Part shown: piece by piece, positions 18,415 to 28,233 of the stretch
Layout: the number at the start of each line of letters is the position of its first letter
Numbering within the stretch: position 1 is the stretch's first letter
Source: Bdellovibrionales bacterium
Lineage (GTDB): Bacteria > Bdellovibrionota > Bdellovibrionia > Bdellovibrionales > JAGQZY01
Direction: 5' to 3'
Length of the DNA stretch: 64,000 nucleotides
NCBI GenBank assembly: GCA_964230645.1
Contig: CAXRHT010000001.1
Location: forward strand, 192,001 to 256,000
Made by a program: the position numbers and the translations under genes
The notes under the pieces: generated by a model
Told to the model about the DNA's origin: nothing
Seen by the model: the letters and a program-made list of their open reading frames with translations, nothing else
The model's database searches: none

Positions 18415-20796
18415 ATGGAAGCGACTAAGAACAAAACAACAAAATCAAATACGAAATCAAGCAAAACAGAAAACCTGATGCGAGTTCGCAAAAGAGACGG
18501 AAGTCTTGAGGCTGTGGACGTTACAAAGATTGTAAAACGAGTGACCGAGTGTTCGGAAGATCTCCGTGATATCGATCCCCACAGAGTGGCTATTAAGGCC
18601 ATCAGTGGACTTTACGATGGAGCCTCTACCAAAGAGCTCGACAATCTAAGTATCCAAACAGCCGCTATGCTTATTGGTGAAGAGCCTCAGTACTCTCTAC
18701 TCGCTAGCCGTCTTCTTGGTATTTATATTAATGAAGAGGTCAAAAACCGCGGTATTTATAGCTTTAGTGAATCTGTTGCCTATGGCCACAGCCGCGGCTT
18801 GATTGCAAAAAAGACTCTCGACTTTGTTTTAGAGCACCAAGAAACTCTAGAAGCGGCTATCCAGCGACGTCGCAATGAAAAGTTCCAATACTTTGGATTG
18901 CGCACTGTTTACGATCGCTATCTTTTAAAAGACCCTGAAACACGAGATGTGTTCGAAACACCTCAGTACTTCTTTATGCGTGTTGCCTGCGGGTTGGCAA
19001 AGTCGCCTGAGGAAGCCATTGAACTTTATAAACTAACATCCAATTTGGATTATTTGCCTAGTACCCCTACCCTTTTCAATTCGGGAACTATGCACCCGCA
19101 AATGTCTTCTTGTTATCTTTTGGATTCTCCTCAAGATGACCTGAAATCCATCTATAATAAATACCAAGACATCGCTCTTCTTTCAAAATTTGCTGGCGGA
19201 ATTGGGGTGGCTTACCACCGTGTGCGCTCAAGAGGATCTTTGATCAAAGGAACCAACGGCCACTCAAATGGGATCGTCCCTTGGCTCAAAACTTTGGACT
19301 CTTCTGTGGCCGCCGTAAATCAAGGTGGAAAAAGAAAAGGGGCTTGCTGTGTGTATCTTGAGTCATGGCATGCGGATATCGAGGAGTTCCTTGAACTTCG
19401 CGATAACACTGGAGATGAGGCCAAAAGAACTCATAACTTAAACCTTGCCAACTGGGTTCCCGACCTTTTTATGAAGCGTGTGGAAGCTGATGAGATGTGG
19501 TCACTCTTTGATCCTAAAATCATGCCAGAGTTGACTGATACTTTTGGTGAAGAGTTTGAAAAACTTTATATCCAAGCCGAAAAAGAAGAAAAATATATGA
19601 AGCAGGTAAAGGCTCGTGATCTTTACTCTCGTATGATGAAAACATTGGCCCAAACCGGTAACGGTTGGATCACTTTTAAAGATCATAGCAATCTTAAAAG
19701 TAACCAAACGGCCAAAAAAGAAAACGTGATTCACCTCTCAAATCTTTGCACAGAGATCCTTGAGGTAACAAACAATCGCGAAACAGCTGTTTGTAACCTA
19801 GGTTCTGTGAACCTCTCACACCATGTGACAGAAAATGGGGTGAACTACCGCAAGATCAGAGAAACTGTGGCAACAGCCGTTAAGTTCTTAGACCGAGTGG
19901 TAGACATTAACTTCTACCCTATTGATCAAGCCAAAGGCTCTAACCACAAATGGCGCCCTGTTGGTCTTGGGGCCATGGGTCTTCAGGATGTTTTCTTTAA
20001 ACTTGGTCTTCCCTTTGATAGCGACCAGGCCCGAAAGATTTCTAAGAAAATCCAAGAGGAAATTTACTACGCCGCTGTTAAAACTTCTTGTGAGTTAGCT
20101 CAAGAATTAGGGCCTCACGAGAACTTTAATGAAACTCGCGCCGCCCAAGGTGATCTGCAGTTTGACCGCTGGGGTGTCGAGCCAGACCGTAGTGAGAGAT
20201 GGCAAAAGCTTAAAGCCGATATTAAAAAGCACGGGCTTCGTAACTCTTTGATTATTGCGATTGCTCCAACGGCGACCATTGCAAGTATCAGTGGTTGTTA
20301 TGAGGCCATTGAACCTCAGGTTTCAAATCTGTTTAAAAGAGAAACTCTGTCAGGTGAGTTCTTGCAAATCAATCGCTACCTCGTAAAGGATCTTAAAAAG
20401 ATTGGTCTATGGACTCAGGACATCCGTGACCAAATTAAATCCAACGAAGGTTCCGTGCAGGAAATCACCGAAATTCCAGAGACCTTGAGAAAAGTCTACC
20501 GAACCGCTTGGGAGATCCCTATGAAGGGATTGATCGAGATGGCCGCCGACCGTGGTGCCTTTATTGACCAATCGCAGTCACTCAACCTTTTTATGGAAAG
20601 CCCCACAATCGGTAAACTTTCTTCCATGTATATGTACGCTTGGAAAAAAGGACTCAAGACAACTTATTACTTAAGAAGTCGCCCGGCCACGCGAATCAAT
20701 AAGACGACTGTGACCAACAAAAAGAAAACCTACACCGATGAAGAAGCCCTAGCTTGTTCACTAGAAAACCCAGAAGCCTGTGACGCCTGTCAGTAG
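18415..20796 (+). CDS. nrdA: Ribonucleoside-diphosphate reductase class Ia, alpha subunit
   Basis: N-terminal ATP cone (VRKRDGSLE), SSCYL, SNLCTEI, VCNLGS, APTAT, TYYLR and a C-terminal CxxC. Confidence 0.97.
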   Translation: MEATKNKTTKSNTKSSKTENLMRVRKRDGSLEAVDVTKIVKRVTECSEDLRDIDPHRVAIKAISGLYDGASTKELDNLSIQTAAMLIGEEPQYSLLASRLLGIYINEEVKNRGIYSFSESVAYGHSRGLIAKKTLDFVLEHQETLEAAIQRRRNEKFQYFGLRTVYDRYLLKDPETRDVFETPQYFFMRVACGLAKSPEEAIELYKLTSNLDYLPSTPTLFNSGTMHPQMSSCYLLDSPQDDLKSIYNKYQDIALLSKFAGGIGVAYHRVRSRGSLIKGTNGHSNGIVPWLKTLDSSVAAVNQGGKRKGACCVYLESWHADIEEFLELRDNTGDEAKRTHNLNLANWVPDLFMKRVEADEMWSLFDPKIMPELTDTFGEEFEKLYIQAEKEEKYMKQVKARDLYSRMMKTLAQTGNGWITFKDHSNLKSNQTAKKENVIHLSNLCTEILEVTNNRETAVCNLGSVNLSHHVTENGVNYRKIRETVATAVKFLDRVVDINFYPIDQAKGSNHKWRPVGLGAMGLQDVFFKLGLPFDSDQARKISKKIQEEIYYAAVKTSCELAQELGPHENFNETRAAQGDLQFDRWGVEPDRSERWQKLKADIKKHGLRNSLIIAIAPTATIASISGCYEAIEPQVSNLFKRETLSGEFLQINRYLVKDLKKIGLWTQDIRDQIKSNEGSVQEITEIPETLRKVYRTAWEIPMKGLIEMAADRGAFIDQSQSLNLFMESPTIGKLSSMYMYAWKKGLKTTYYLRSRPATRINKTTVTNKKKTYTDEEALACSLENPEACDACQ

Positions 20797-20815
20797 TATT
20801 TAAGGAGGAATAGAC

Positions 20816-21814
20816 ATGATTTTAGATCCGGGATTTGATTTAACACTAAGACCTATGAAGTACCCTGTCTTTTACGAAATGTATAAAGACGCAATTAAAA
20901 ACACTTGGACCGTTGATGAAGTGGATTTTTCCAAGGACGTTAGCGATCTTACTAATAAAATGAGCCCTGCTGAAAGACATCTTATCAACCGTCTTGTGGC
21001 CTTTTTTGCCACAGGGGACTCGATTGTTGGCAACAACTTGGTTCTAAACCTTTATAAACACGTGAATTCCCCTGAGGCGAGACTCTATCTTTCTCGTCAA
21101 CTTTTTGAGGAAGCTCTACACGTGCAATTTTACCTAACACTACTAGACACCTATATCCCCAATCACGATGAGCGAGCCAAGGCTTTCGCCGCTATTGACA
21201 ATATCCCGTCAATTAAGAAAAAGGCTGAGTTTTGCTTTAAGTGGATGGACTCTATCAATGAAGTTAACGAGATTAACTCTCTTGAGGATCGCAGAAAGTT
21301 CTTAATGAATCTTATCTGTTTTGCCACCTGTATTGAAGGTCTCTTTTTCTTTGGAGCTTTTGCTTACGTTTACTATCTTCGTTCAAAAGGTCTCCTTGAT
21401 GGCCTAGCGAGTGGAACGAACTGGGTTTTCCGTGATGAATCGGCCCACATCAACTTCGCTCTTGAGGTTGTGGAAACCGCTAGAAAAGAAGATCCTGAAA
21501 TTTTCACACCCCAGATGAACGATATGATTACACTTATGATCGAAGAGGCTGTGGAGTGTGAAATGGCTTTTGCTGAGGACGTGCTTGAACAAGGGATTGC
21601 TGGTCTTTCCATGAAAGATATGCGTCAGTATCTTGAGTTCGTAGCCGACTCTAGGCTTGAAGCTCTAAACATTGAAAAACGTTATAACTCCAAAAATCCA
21701 TTTGATTTTATGGAACTTCAAGACGTGCAAGAGCTTACCAACTTTTTTGAAAGAAAAGTCTCGGCCTACCAAGTGGGTGTTACAGGAGATGTTTCTTTTG
21801 ACGAGAGTTTTTAA
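20816..21814 (+). CDS. nrdB: Ribonucleoside-diphosphate reductase class Ia, beta subunit
   Basis: FFATGD, EEALHVQFY (radical Tyr), IEGLFF, RDESAH and NFFE..Y. Confidence 0.97.
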   Translation: MILDPGFDLTLRPMKYPVFYEMYKDAIKNTWTVDEVDFSKDVSDLTNKMSPAERHLINRLVAFFATGDSIVGNNLVLNLYKHVNSPEARLYLSRQLFEEALHVQFYLTLLDTYIPNHDERAKAFAAIDNIPSIKKKAEFCFKWMDSINEVNEINSLEDRRKFLMNLICFATCIEGLFFFGAFAYVYYLRSKGLLDGLASGTNWVFRDESAHINFALEVVETARKEDPEIFTPQMNDMITLMIEEAVECEMAFAEDVLEQGIAGLSMKDMRQYLEFVADSRLEALNIEKRYNSKNPFDFMELQDVQELTNFFERKVSAYQVGVTGDVSFDESF

Positions 21815-21849
21815 TTTAAATATTTAATTGCCATTATTAAACTTCGACT

Positions 21850-21876
21850 AGGGATCTTTTAAAGATCCCTTTTTTT
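21850..21876 (+). terminator. Intrinsic terminator after nrdB
   Basis: AGGGATCTTT-T-AAAGATCCCT followed by a T-run. Confidence 0.75.
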
Positions 21877-22146
21877 ATGACAAATCAGACCAATGAGCTC
21901 TTTAATTTGGCAATTTTTCTCCACATCGTGTCTTAACTTCTTATTCCCAATGACTTTGTAATGATTTTTGCGCCCCTGTTTTGTAATGGAAATATAGCCC
22001 TCAGCCTCCAGGTCATGGATGATTTTTTGAGTGGCTCTTTCCGTGATCCCGACAATCGAGGCCATTTCTTTGGCCGTCTGGTCGGGATTACGGCTTATTA
22101 AAAAGAGAATGTGACCGTAATTGGTGAAAAAACTCCATTGAGACAT
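21859..22146 (-). CDS. Winged-helix (MarR/AsnC-like) transcriptional regulator
   Basis: WSFFTNYGHIL...VGITERATQKIIHDLEAEGYI..KQGRKNHY; likely start MSQW at 22146. Confidence 0.85.
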   Translation of the reverse strand: MSQWSFFTNYGHILFLISRNPDQTAKEMASIVGITERATQKIIHDLEAEGYISITKQGRKNHYKVIGNKKLRHDVEKNCQIKELIGLICHKKRDL

Positions 22147-22330
22147 GTTTTGAACACTAAAGAACCTGTGACGATAAGGCAACAAAATACGAAAATTAAT
22201 TCGTGTATTTTTGTTCACATATTAAAAAATGACTTAATACTGAACCTGACTTACTGTATTTATATAGAGACGCGCACGTTGCAGAATCCTGAAGGAGCTA
22301 TAGATTCCTTTTGAGATTTAGGGAAAAATT

Positions 22331-24373
22331 ATGTCCAGAGAACTTCTCATTCGAACTCCATTCAAACCACTGTGGAGAGTTTTACTTAGTTACAGAGACT
22401 TTTATCCGGTCATCATCGTCTACTCCATTTGCGTGAGCTTTCTCACTCTAGCTACCCCGATCTCCGTACAATCACTTGTAAGTACTTTTTCCTTTGGCGC
22501 TTATTTTCAACCTATTTTCATTCTGAGCCTCATCCTCCTGGCCCTTCTTGCCATTCTGGGACTGGTCAAATCATTGCAATACCTGATGGTCGAGTACTTG
22601 CAACGAAAGCTCTACGCGAAAATAACAGCGATTATTGGTATGGCCTATCAGCTCCAAGACGGTGAGAAGAAAGATTTAAGCCTCGCTAGAAAAGCCAATC
22701 GCTATTTTGATATTATTCTTATCCATAAAAGCTTAGCCTTTTTGATGACCGATGGAATTACGGTAGCCCTGCAGACTTTCCTGGGTCTCATCCTGATCTC
22801 TTTTTACCACCCTTTCTTTATTGTTTTTGGTGGCTTGATTCTGCTCTCTATTGTAGGGCCCATTTATTTTTTTGGTATTCGGGGCCTAAAAACATCCATT
22901 GATGAGTCCAACAGAAAGTACGATGTGGCTGACTACTTAGAAGAGTTGGCGGCTCGATTTGAAAGTGGCGAGTCCATTGACCAAGTCCAAAAAACCGATG
23001 AGCAAATTGGCTATTTTCTCTCGGGTCGCGCTCGTCATTTTAAGACCTTATTCACTCAAAACATCCTTTATATGGCTCTCTATGCCTTTTTAAATGCTCT
23101 CCTTCTGGCCCTTGGAGGGTATTTAGTGATTGAGAATCAATTGACCCTAGGACAGTTGGTTGCTGCCGAAATCGTGGTCAATGCTATTTTAAGTCACCTC
23201 CTCTATGCCATGAAGTATCTGGAGTCTTTCTACGATCTCTATGCCGCCACTTATAAGGTGTCCCCTTTCTTTGAGGTTTTTGAAGAGTTGGCGGAAAAAG
23301 AAAGAAAAGACTGGAACTTCCTTGATCGCTACCCTCCTGTGGGACGCGCGATCACCAAGATGAAATCCCTCAAACAAGTCTACACTCCTACGAACTATCG
23401 CAAGCTCAGCCTCAAGTTTGGTTTATCCGTCCTTGCGATCACACTGACATTTATTTTTGTCCCCTGGCAGCAGTTCAGTCGCGGACGCGGAAGTGTCGTC
23501 GCTTTAGACCCTAACGATCGCGTGCAAACCATCACGGCCCCCTTGGCGGGGATTGTGGAAGAATGGCTTGTTCAAGACGGACAAACAGTTAAAAAAGGCG
23601 AACCCATAGTGAGGGTGGTCGACAACGACCCCAACTACCTCACTCGCCTGGAGGCAAAACGAGATGCTGCCGTTGCAAAATTTGAAGCGGCCAAAGAGGC
23701 CAGTGACACGGGCCGCTTGAACTATCACCGGCAGGAAAAGCTCAATCGCGATGGTCTAAGTTCCTCCAAAGAGTTTGAACAAGCCAAAATTCGCTACAAA
23801 CAACTAAGAGCCGAAGAATCGGCTGCGGCCGCCAACTTGGCTAAAGCCGAAGTAGAACTCTCAAGGCAGCAACAACAAACCGTGGTCGCCCCCAGAGATG
23901 GCCGTATTCGCCGGATCCAAATTGGCTCTGGTCAAACTAAAGTGAAAGCCGGAGACCCACTGGTAGAGTTCGTGCCCGACACAGAGAACAGAGCCGTAGA
24001 GCTTTATGCGGATGCTAACGATTTACCACTAGTTCATTCGGGTCGAAAGGTGAGATTACAATTTGAAGGCTGGCCGGCGGTGCAATTCACCGGGTGGCCA
24101 TCGGTCTCGGTAGGAAGCTTTGGAGGAGTCGTCACCATGGTTGACCCTTCGGTTGATTCCAACGGGCAGTTTCGAATACTAGTAAAACCAGACCCAGAAG
24201 ACCCTGAACCCTGGCCCGATGAATTTTTCCTTAGGCAAGGAACCCGTGTGCTAGGAATCATTAACCTTGATGTGGTCACAGCCGGATACGAAGTTTGGCG
24301 ACAAATAAATGGCTTCCCTAAGTCTATGGATGTGGCTACCGAATACTTTAACGGGCAGGATAAAAAGAAGTGA
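22331..24373 (+). CDS. Fusion of an ABC-exporter transmembrane domain and a HlyD-family membrane fusion protein, with no nucleotide-binding domain
   Basis: Residues 1-~315 form a 6-TM ABC TMD (LATPISVQSLV, LTLGQLVAAEIVV). Residues ~355-680 are an MFP (PWQQ, lipoyl-like WLVQDGQTVKKG, GRKVRLQFEGWPAVQFTGWP). No Walker A/B or LSGGQ. Confidence 0.85.
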   Translation: MSRELLIRTPFKPLWRVLLSYRDFYPVIIVYSICVSFLTLATPISVQSLVSTFSFGAYFQPIFILSLILLALLAILGLVKSLQYLMVEYLQRKLYAKITAIIGMAYQLQDGEKKDLSLARKANRYFDIILIHKSLAFLMTDGITVALQTFLGLILISFYHPFFIVFGGLILLSIVGPIYFFGIRGLKTSIDESNRKYDVADYLEELAARFESGESIDQVQKTDEQIGYFLSGRARHFKTLFTQNILYMALYAFLNALLLALGGYLVIENQLTLGQLVAAEIVVNAILSHLLYAMKYLESFYDLYAATYKVSPFFEVFEELAEKERKDWNFLDRYPPVGRAITKMKSLKQVYTPTNYRKLSLKFGLSVLAITLTFIFVPWQQFSRGRGSVVALDPNDRVQTITAPLAGIVEEWLVQDGQTVKKGEPIVRVVDNDPNYLTRLEAKRDAAVAKFEAAKEASDTGRLNYHRQEKLNRDGLSSSKEFEQAKIRYKQLRAEESAAAANLAKAEVELSRQQQQTVVAPRDGRIRRIQIGSGQTKVKAGDPLVEFVPDTENRAVELYADANDLPLVHSGRKVRLQFEGWPAVQFTGWPSVSVGSFGGVVTMVDPSVDSNGQFRILVKPDPEDPEPWPDEFFLRQGTRVLGIINLDVVTAGYEVWRQINGFPKSMDVATEYFNGQDKKK

Positions 24374-25746
24374 GAATCGTTTTTTTTACTCTCTTGTTCT
24401 TCTCTCTTCCGACTTTCGCCATTACCCCAGAAGAAGTGGTGGCTTCAAGTCTTAATCACTTCCCAAAAGTGATTCAGTCCATCAAGCAATTGGAAATTGA
24501 AGAGAACAAGACCATGGAAAAGCGTGGAGCCTTTGATGGCAGCATTCAGGGAAAAATGAGTGCACGTACCGAGGGCTATTATGAGGGCGACTACTACGAG
24601 TTAAAAGCTGAAAAACCTATTCCCTATTTCAATACAAAAATCTTTGGAGGAAAAAGACAAGGCTTTGATGATTTTCCCGTTTATGAGGCCGAGTACGAAA
24701 CGCTCAACGAAGGTGAGCTTTTTGCGGGTTTTTCCGTATCACTTTTAAGAAACTCCTTAATCGATATGAATCGCTTTAATTTGTACTATCAACAGGAGAA
24801 CCGAACTCAGGCCAAAATTGACGTTAAAGATGTGAAGATCAATGTCCAGACTATGGCTCTTAAGGCCTATTGGACCTGGTTTGTAAAAGGCCAACAATTG
24901 TCCGTTCACCAGGGAATTCTAAAACTAGCCGCAGAACGGATGGGTAACTTTAAAAAAAGAGTGAAACTAGGAGATCTCCCCGCCATTTACCTCACAGAAA
25001 ACAATCAGTATCTTCTAGCCCGTAAAGCCAAAGTCATTGAGACGAGTCTAGAGTTTCAAAAAGCAAGCTTCTACCTCTCTCTATTTTACCGTAATGAGAA
25101 AGGTGTTCCGAAAGTGCCCGATCTCGAAGACCTTCCCTCTCTAGAAAAAATTGATTTAAGTGCTTCTGGGATCACCAATGATCTCTATAAGCGAGCGGTT
25201 GAAAACAATCTGGATTTAAAGAAGTTAAGATCCCAGGAAAAACAAGCTGAACTTGAGGTTCGAATGGGAAATAACGATCTAATTCCCGAACTTGATCTCT
25301 CCTATGAGTGGAGGCAAGATCAAGGGGTTGGACCAGAGCGCCTTCGACCCGAGGAGAACAAAGTCCTTTTGAGCCTTGAGATCCCTTTTCAGTTTAGAAA
25401 AGGACTGGGACAAAAACGTGCGGCTAAAGCAAAAATAGAACAGATTAAGACAAAAAAGAATTGGCAAATCGATCAACTCAACACGAAAGTAGCCAGCTTA
25501 AAGACTGAAATTGAGGCCTACTCTTCTATCTACCAAACAACAAAACAACAGGTGGAAATGGCCGACAAACTCGCCGATGCTGAAAGACGCAAATTTTCCC
25601 AAGGTGCCAGTGACCTTATTCTCGTAAACATTCGCGAAATCAACTACGCGGAAGCTCAGGTCAAAAATCTCATGAGTCTTCTTAAGTACGAGTTTGCATC
25701 GGCCGATCTTAAAAAACAATTGGTTGAATTCATCCCCCTTCAGTGA
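24370..25746 (+). CDS. TolC family outer membrane efflux protein
   Basis: Signal peptide; LIPELDL, LSLEIPF and AERRKFSQGASDLILVNIRE; GTGA overlap with the upstream gene. Confidence 0.9.
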   Translation: MRIVFFTLLFFSLPTFAITPEEVVASSLNHFPKVIQSIKQLEIEENKTMEKRGAFDGSIQGKMSARTEGYYEGDYYELKAEKPIPYFNTKIFGGKRQGFDDFPVYEAEYETLNEGELFAGFSVSLLRNSLIDMNRFNLYYQQENRTQAKIDVKDVKINVQTMALKAYWTWFVKGQQLSVHQGILKLAAERMGNFKKRVKLGDLPAIYLTENNQYLLARKAKVIETSLEFQKASFYLSLFYRNEKGVPKVPDLEDLPSLEKIDLSASGITNDLYKRAVENNLDLKKLRSQEKQAELEVRMGNNDLIPELDLSYEWRQDQGVGPERLRPEENKVLLSLEIPFQFRKGLGQKRAAKAKIEQIKTKKNWQIDQLNTKVASLKTEIEAYSSIYQTTKQQVEMADKLADAERRKFSQGASDLILVNIREINYAEAQVKNLMSLLKYEFASADLKKQLVEFIPLQ

Positions 25747-25911
25747 TGAGGTTTACCCCCTCACTGATTCCTCTTTTGAATCTTGATGACTACTGGCACA
25801 GCGGTCTAAAAAAAATGCTGTTGATAATTTAGCTTGAATAATTGGTGTAGTTTTTAGAACAATTGTGTTTGAGCTTGCTCGCTTTGTGAAGTTCTGGGTA
25901 AAAGAATAAAC

Positions 25912-26331
25912 ATGCGTTGTATCCTCATTTTATTGTTTGTTCTTCTCGCCTCTCCTTTCCAAGCTCTGTCGAAATCTATAACAATTAAGATAGATGCCGA
26001 GGAGAGCAAAAAACATAAAGTCTATATGAGTGTCTTTACCCAAAGCGAAGGTTTCCCCGATCAAGCCAAGAAAGCTAAAAGAAATATTGTTTTAGAACCT
26101 GGCAAACAACAGATAACCATTAGGCTAAAAGAGCAGACCCTAGCTTTATCAGCCTTTATCGATACCAACGGAAATAAGGCTTTGGACAAAAATAGTCTTG
26201 GTATACCAACCGAGCCCATAGGCTTTAGCTCAAACCCGACCCTCGTATTTTCTGCACCCGACTTTGATTCCTCGGCCATCGAATTAAAGGAGACCTCGAC
26301 TGTCATTAATATGAAATTCAAGACTTACTGA
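25912..26331 (+). CDS. DUF2141 family secreted protein
   Basis: AFIDTNGNKALDKNSLGIPTEPIGFSSNP. Confidence 0.85.
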   Translation: MRCILILLFVLLASPFQALSKSITIKIDAEESKKHKVYMSVFTQSEGFPDQAKKAKRNIVLEPGKQQITIRLKEQTLALSAFIDTNGNKALDKNSLGIPTEPIGFSSNPTLVFSAPDFDSSAIELKETSTVINMKFKTY

Positions 26332-26528
26332 CCTTCCCTTTCTTCTACCAACCTTCGCCTTTAGCCCTCGATCATGCTTGGTGGCTCGGTATTTTTAGTT
26401 AACACCGAACGTTAGAGAGCAAATCATAGAGAAACTTACCCACTCCCCTGGTATTCTTGCAAAAGAGGAAGGCTTAAGCCAATGGCTTATTTTCTTGCTT
26501 TGATAGACCTCTAAACAAAGGGGGGATT

Positions 26529-27587
26529 ATGAGTGACTGGATAAAAGATTATTTTGTTCGGGAAAAGTCAGTGCTTAACAGATATGGTCTCTCTTTACTC
26601 CTTCTTGCCACTTCTTTTGTTGTTATGAATTTCGTATCTAACATTGAACAAGTGAATCTCTCTTCAGCGATTCTTGGAGCCGTTGTCCTCTCAGCGATCC
26701 ATGGGGGCTTTGGCCCAGCTATAGCTGTTAGCCTCATCGGCGCTCTAGGCCTCGATTTTTTCTATGTAGCCCCGATCCACTCGGTCTTGGACTCGCTCAA
26801 CTCTTTCCTCCGGTTTTTTATTTTTATTTCAGGTTCAATGCTTGTCTCCTTTATTGTCGTCCTATTGAGAAATTCTCTTATAGAGACTGAGAACTTTAGA
26901 CATGATTTGCAAGAAAACCATAGGCAAACTAATAATCTAATGGCTGTTATCGCCCACGACTTAAGAAACCCTATTGGAGCAATCAAAGGATTTGCCGATT
27001 TACAGAGGCAGTCTGATACCTTGAACTTGGATTTCATTGAGAGAATCTACAATAACTCAAACTTTTGCTTAGAACTGATTGAAGATTTGCAGGAGTTCTC
27101 TTCTTTTAGGCACTCCAATTTCACTCTAAAACCCAACCCCATAGACTTAAACTCAGCTCTGAGAGAGGTTTTAGAATCCATTCAACCTTTAGCCCGAAAA
27201 AAAGATATTCAAATTGTATTTGAGTCCCCAACCACAGATTTTACTGTGAAGGCTGACAAGAACCTTTTAAGAAGAGCCATTCAAAACATTATGGACAATG
27301 CGATTAAGTACTCTCCTTCTGGAACCGTTGTTACAATCGAACTCACAGAGTCTCAGCACGATTTGCAGCTTAAAGTCAGCGATCAAGGACTTGGTATCAA
27401 GGAAGAAGAAATTAAAAAAATATTTACTCCTTTTTACAAAACGCCCCACAAACCCACAAATGGTGAATCCAGTACAGGCCTGGGATTAGCCTCAGTGGTT
27501 TCAATCCTCAAAGCTCATCAAGGGGAAATTAAAGTTTCCAGTCAGCCGGGCGCAGGATCCTGCTTTACTATCCATTTACCAAAATAA
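26529..27587 (+). CDS. Sensor histidine kinase with DUF4118 (KdpD-like) membrane domain
   Basis: TM region with GFGPAI..LDFFYVAP; H-box AHDLRNP, N-box DNAIKYS, DQGLGI and STGLGL. Confidence 0.92.
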   Translation: MSDWIKDYFVREKSVLNRYGLSLLLLATSFVVMNFVSNIEQVNLSSAILGAVVLSAIHGGFGPAIAVSLIGALGLDFFYVAPIHSVLDSLNSFLRFFIFISGSMLVSFIVVLLRNSLIETENFRHDLQENHRQTNNLMAVIAHDLRNPIGAIKGFADLQRQSDTLNLDFIERIYNNSNFCLELIEDLQEFSSFRHSNFTLKPNPIDLNSALREVLESIQPLARKKDIQIVFESPTTDFTVKADKNLLRRAIQNIMDNAIKYSPSGTVVTIELTESQHDLQLKVSDQGLGIKEEEIKKIFTPFYKTPHKPTNGESSTGLGLASVVSILKAHQGEIKVSSQPGAGSCFTIHLPK

Positions 27588-27591
27588 AAAA

Positions 27592-27612
27592 GCAGCCGGT
27601 CCCACCGGCTGC
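27592..27612. terminator. Terminator hairpin between convergent genes
   Basis: GCAGCCGGT-CCC-ACCGGCTGC preceded by an A-run. Confidence 0.7.
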
Positions 27613-27652
27613 ACTTAAGATCTCCTTTCCCTTTTGTTTATTTTTTTATCCT

Positions 27653-28075
27653 TTAGTAATTTCTTATTAATTCAATTTTCTCGATCCTTAAATCTTCCTC
27701 CCCTTCTGACATCAGAACCTCATTGAGGCCCGGTTCTAGTTCTATCTTCCTATGTTCTGTTGTTAATTCTTGGGAGGGGTAGAGAAAAACCTCCTCCTCC
27801 TTGTTTTGATTTATTTCGAAATGAAATGGCACACCCAAGGTTCCCGTGGTTTTATAAAAAATGATCATCTCGTAAGTTCCTGGAGCCATTGTGCCGATGA
27901 CTGCCGAGAGCTGCTGCGGTTTCTCGGTTGTCGCTTGAAAATCTGAGGGCGTAAGGGTGCAGCCCTCATCACAGGCAAGAGCCTGAAAACCAGTTTCGTC
28001 ATGGTTGCTTTGAGCCACTGCAATTTCAACTATAGCTAAAGATAATAGAAAAATAAGGAAGCTTCGAAGTCCCAT
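27653..28075 (-). CDS. Hypothetical secreted beta-sandwich protein (CBM-like ending)
   Basis: Signal peptide from MGLRSF; C-terminal IELEPGLNEV...IEKIEL. Confidence 0.6.
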   Translation of the reverse strand: MGLRSFLIFLLSLAIVEIAVAQSNHDETGFQALACDEGCTLTPSDFQATTEKPQQLSAVIGTMAPGTYEMIIFYKTTGTLGVPFHFEINQNKEEEVFLYPSQELTTEHRKIELEPGLNEVLMSEGEEDLRIEKIELIRNY

Positions 28076-28233
28076 AGTCCACCCTTGAAAAAATAACCCA
28101 CAGACTTCTTTTGCAAAATAAATTCCATCTCTTCTCACTATGAATGGCTAATAGAGATGGTTATCTTGTCAAAAGATACAACGAGTGAATGTCTTGTATG
28201 CAATTTTCTCGGGCTGAGACAGTGAATGAAATT

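Noticed and set aside
20816..21814. Unusual RNR subclass (Ic or metal-free Ie)
   Set aside because: Asp first ligand, all Glu/His ligands and the radical Tyr are present, consistent with ordinary class Ia.
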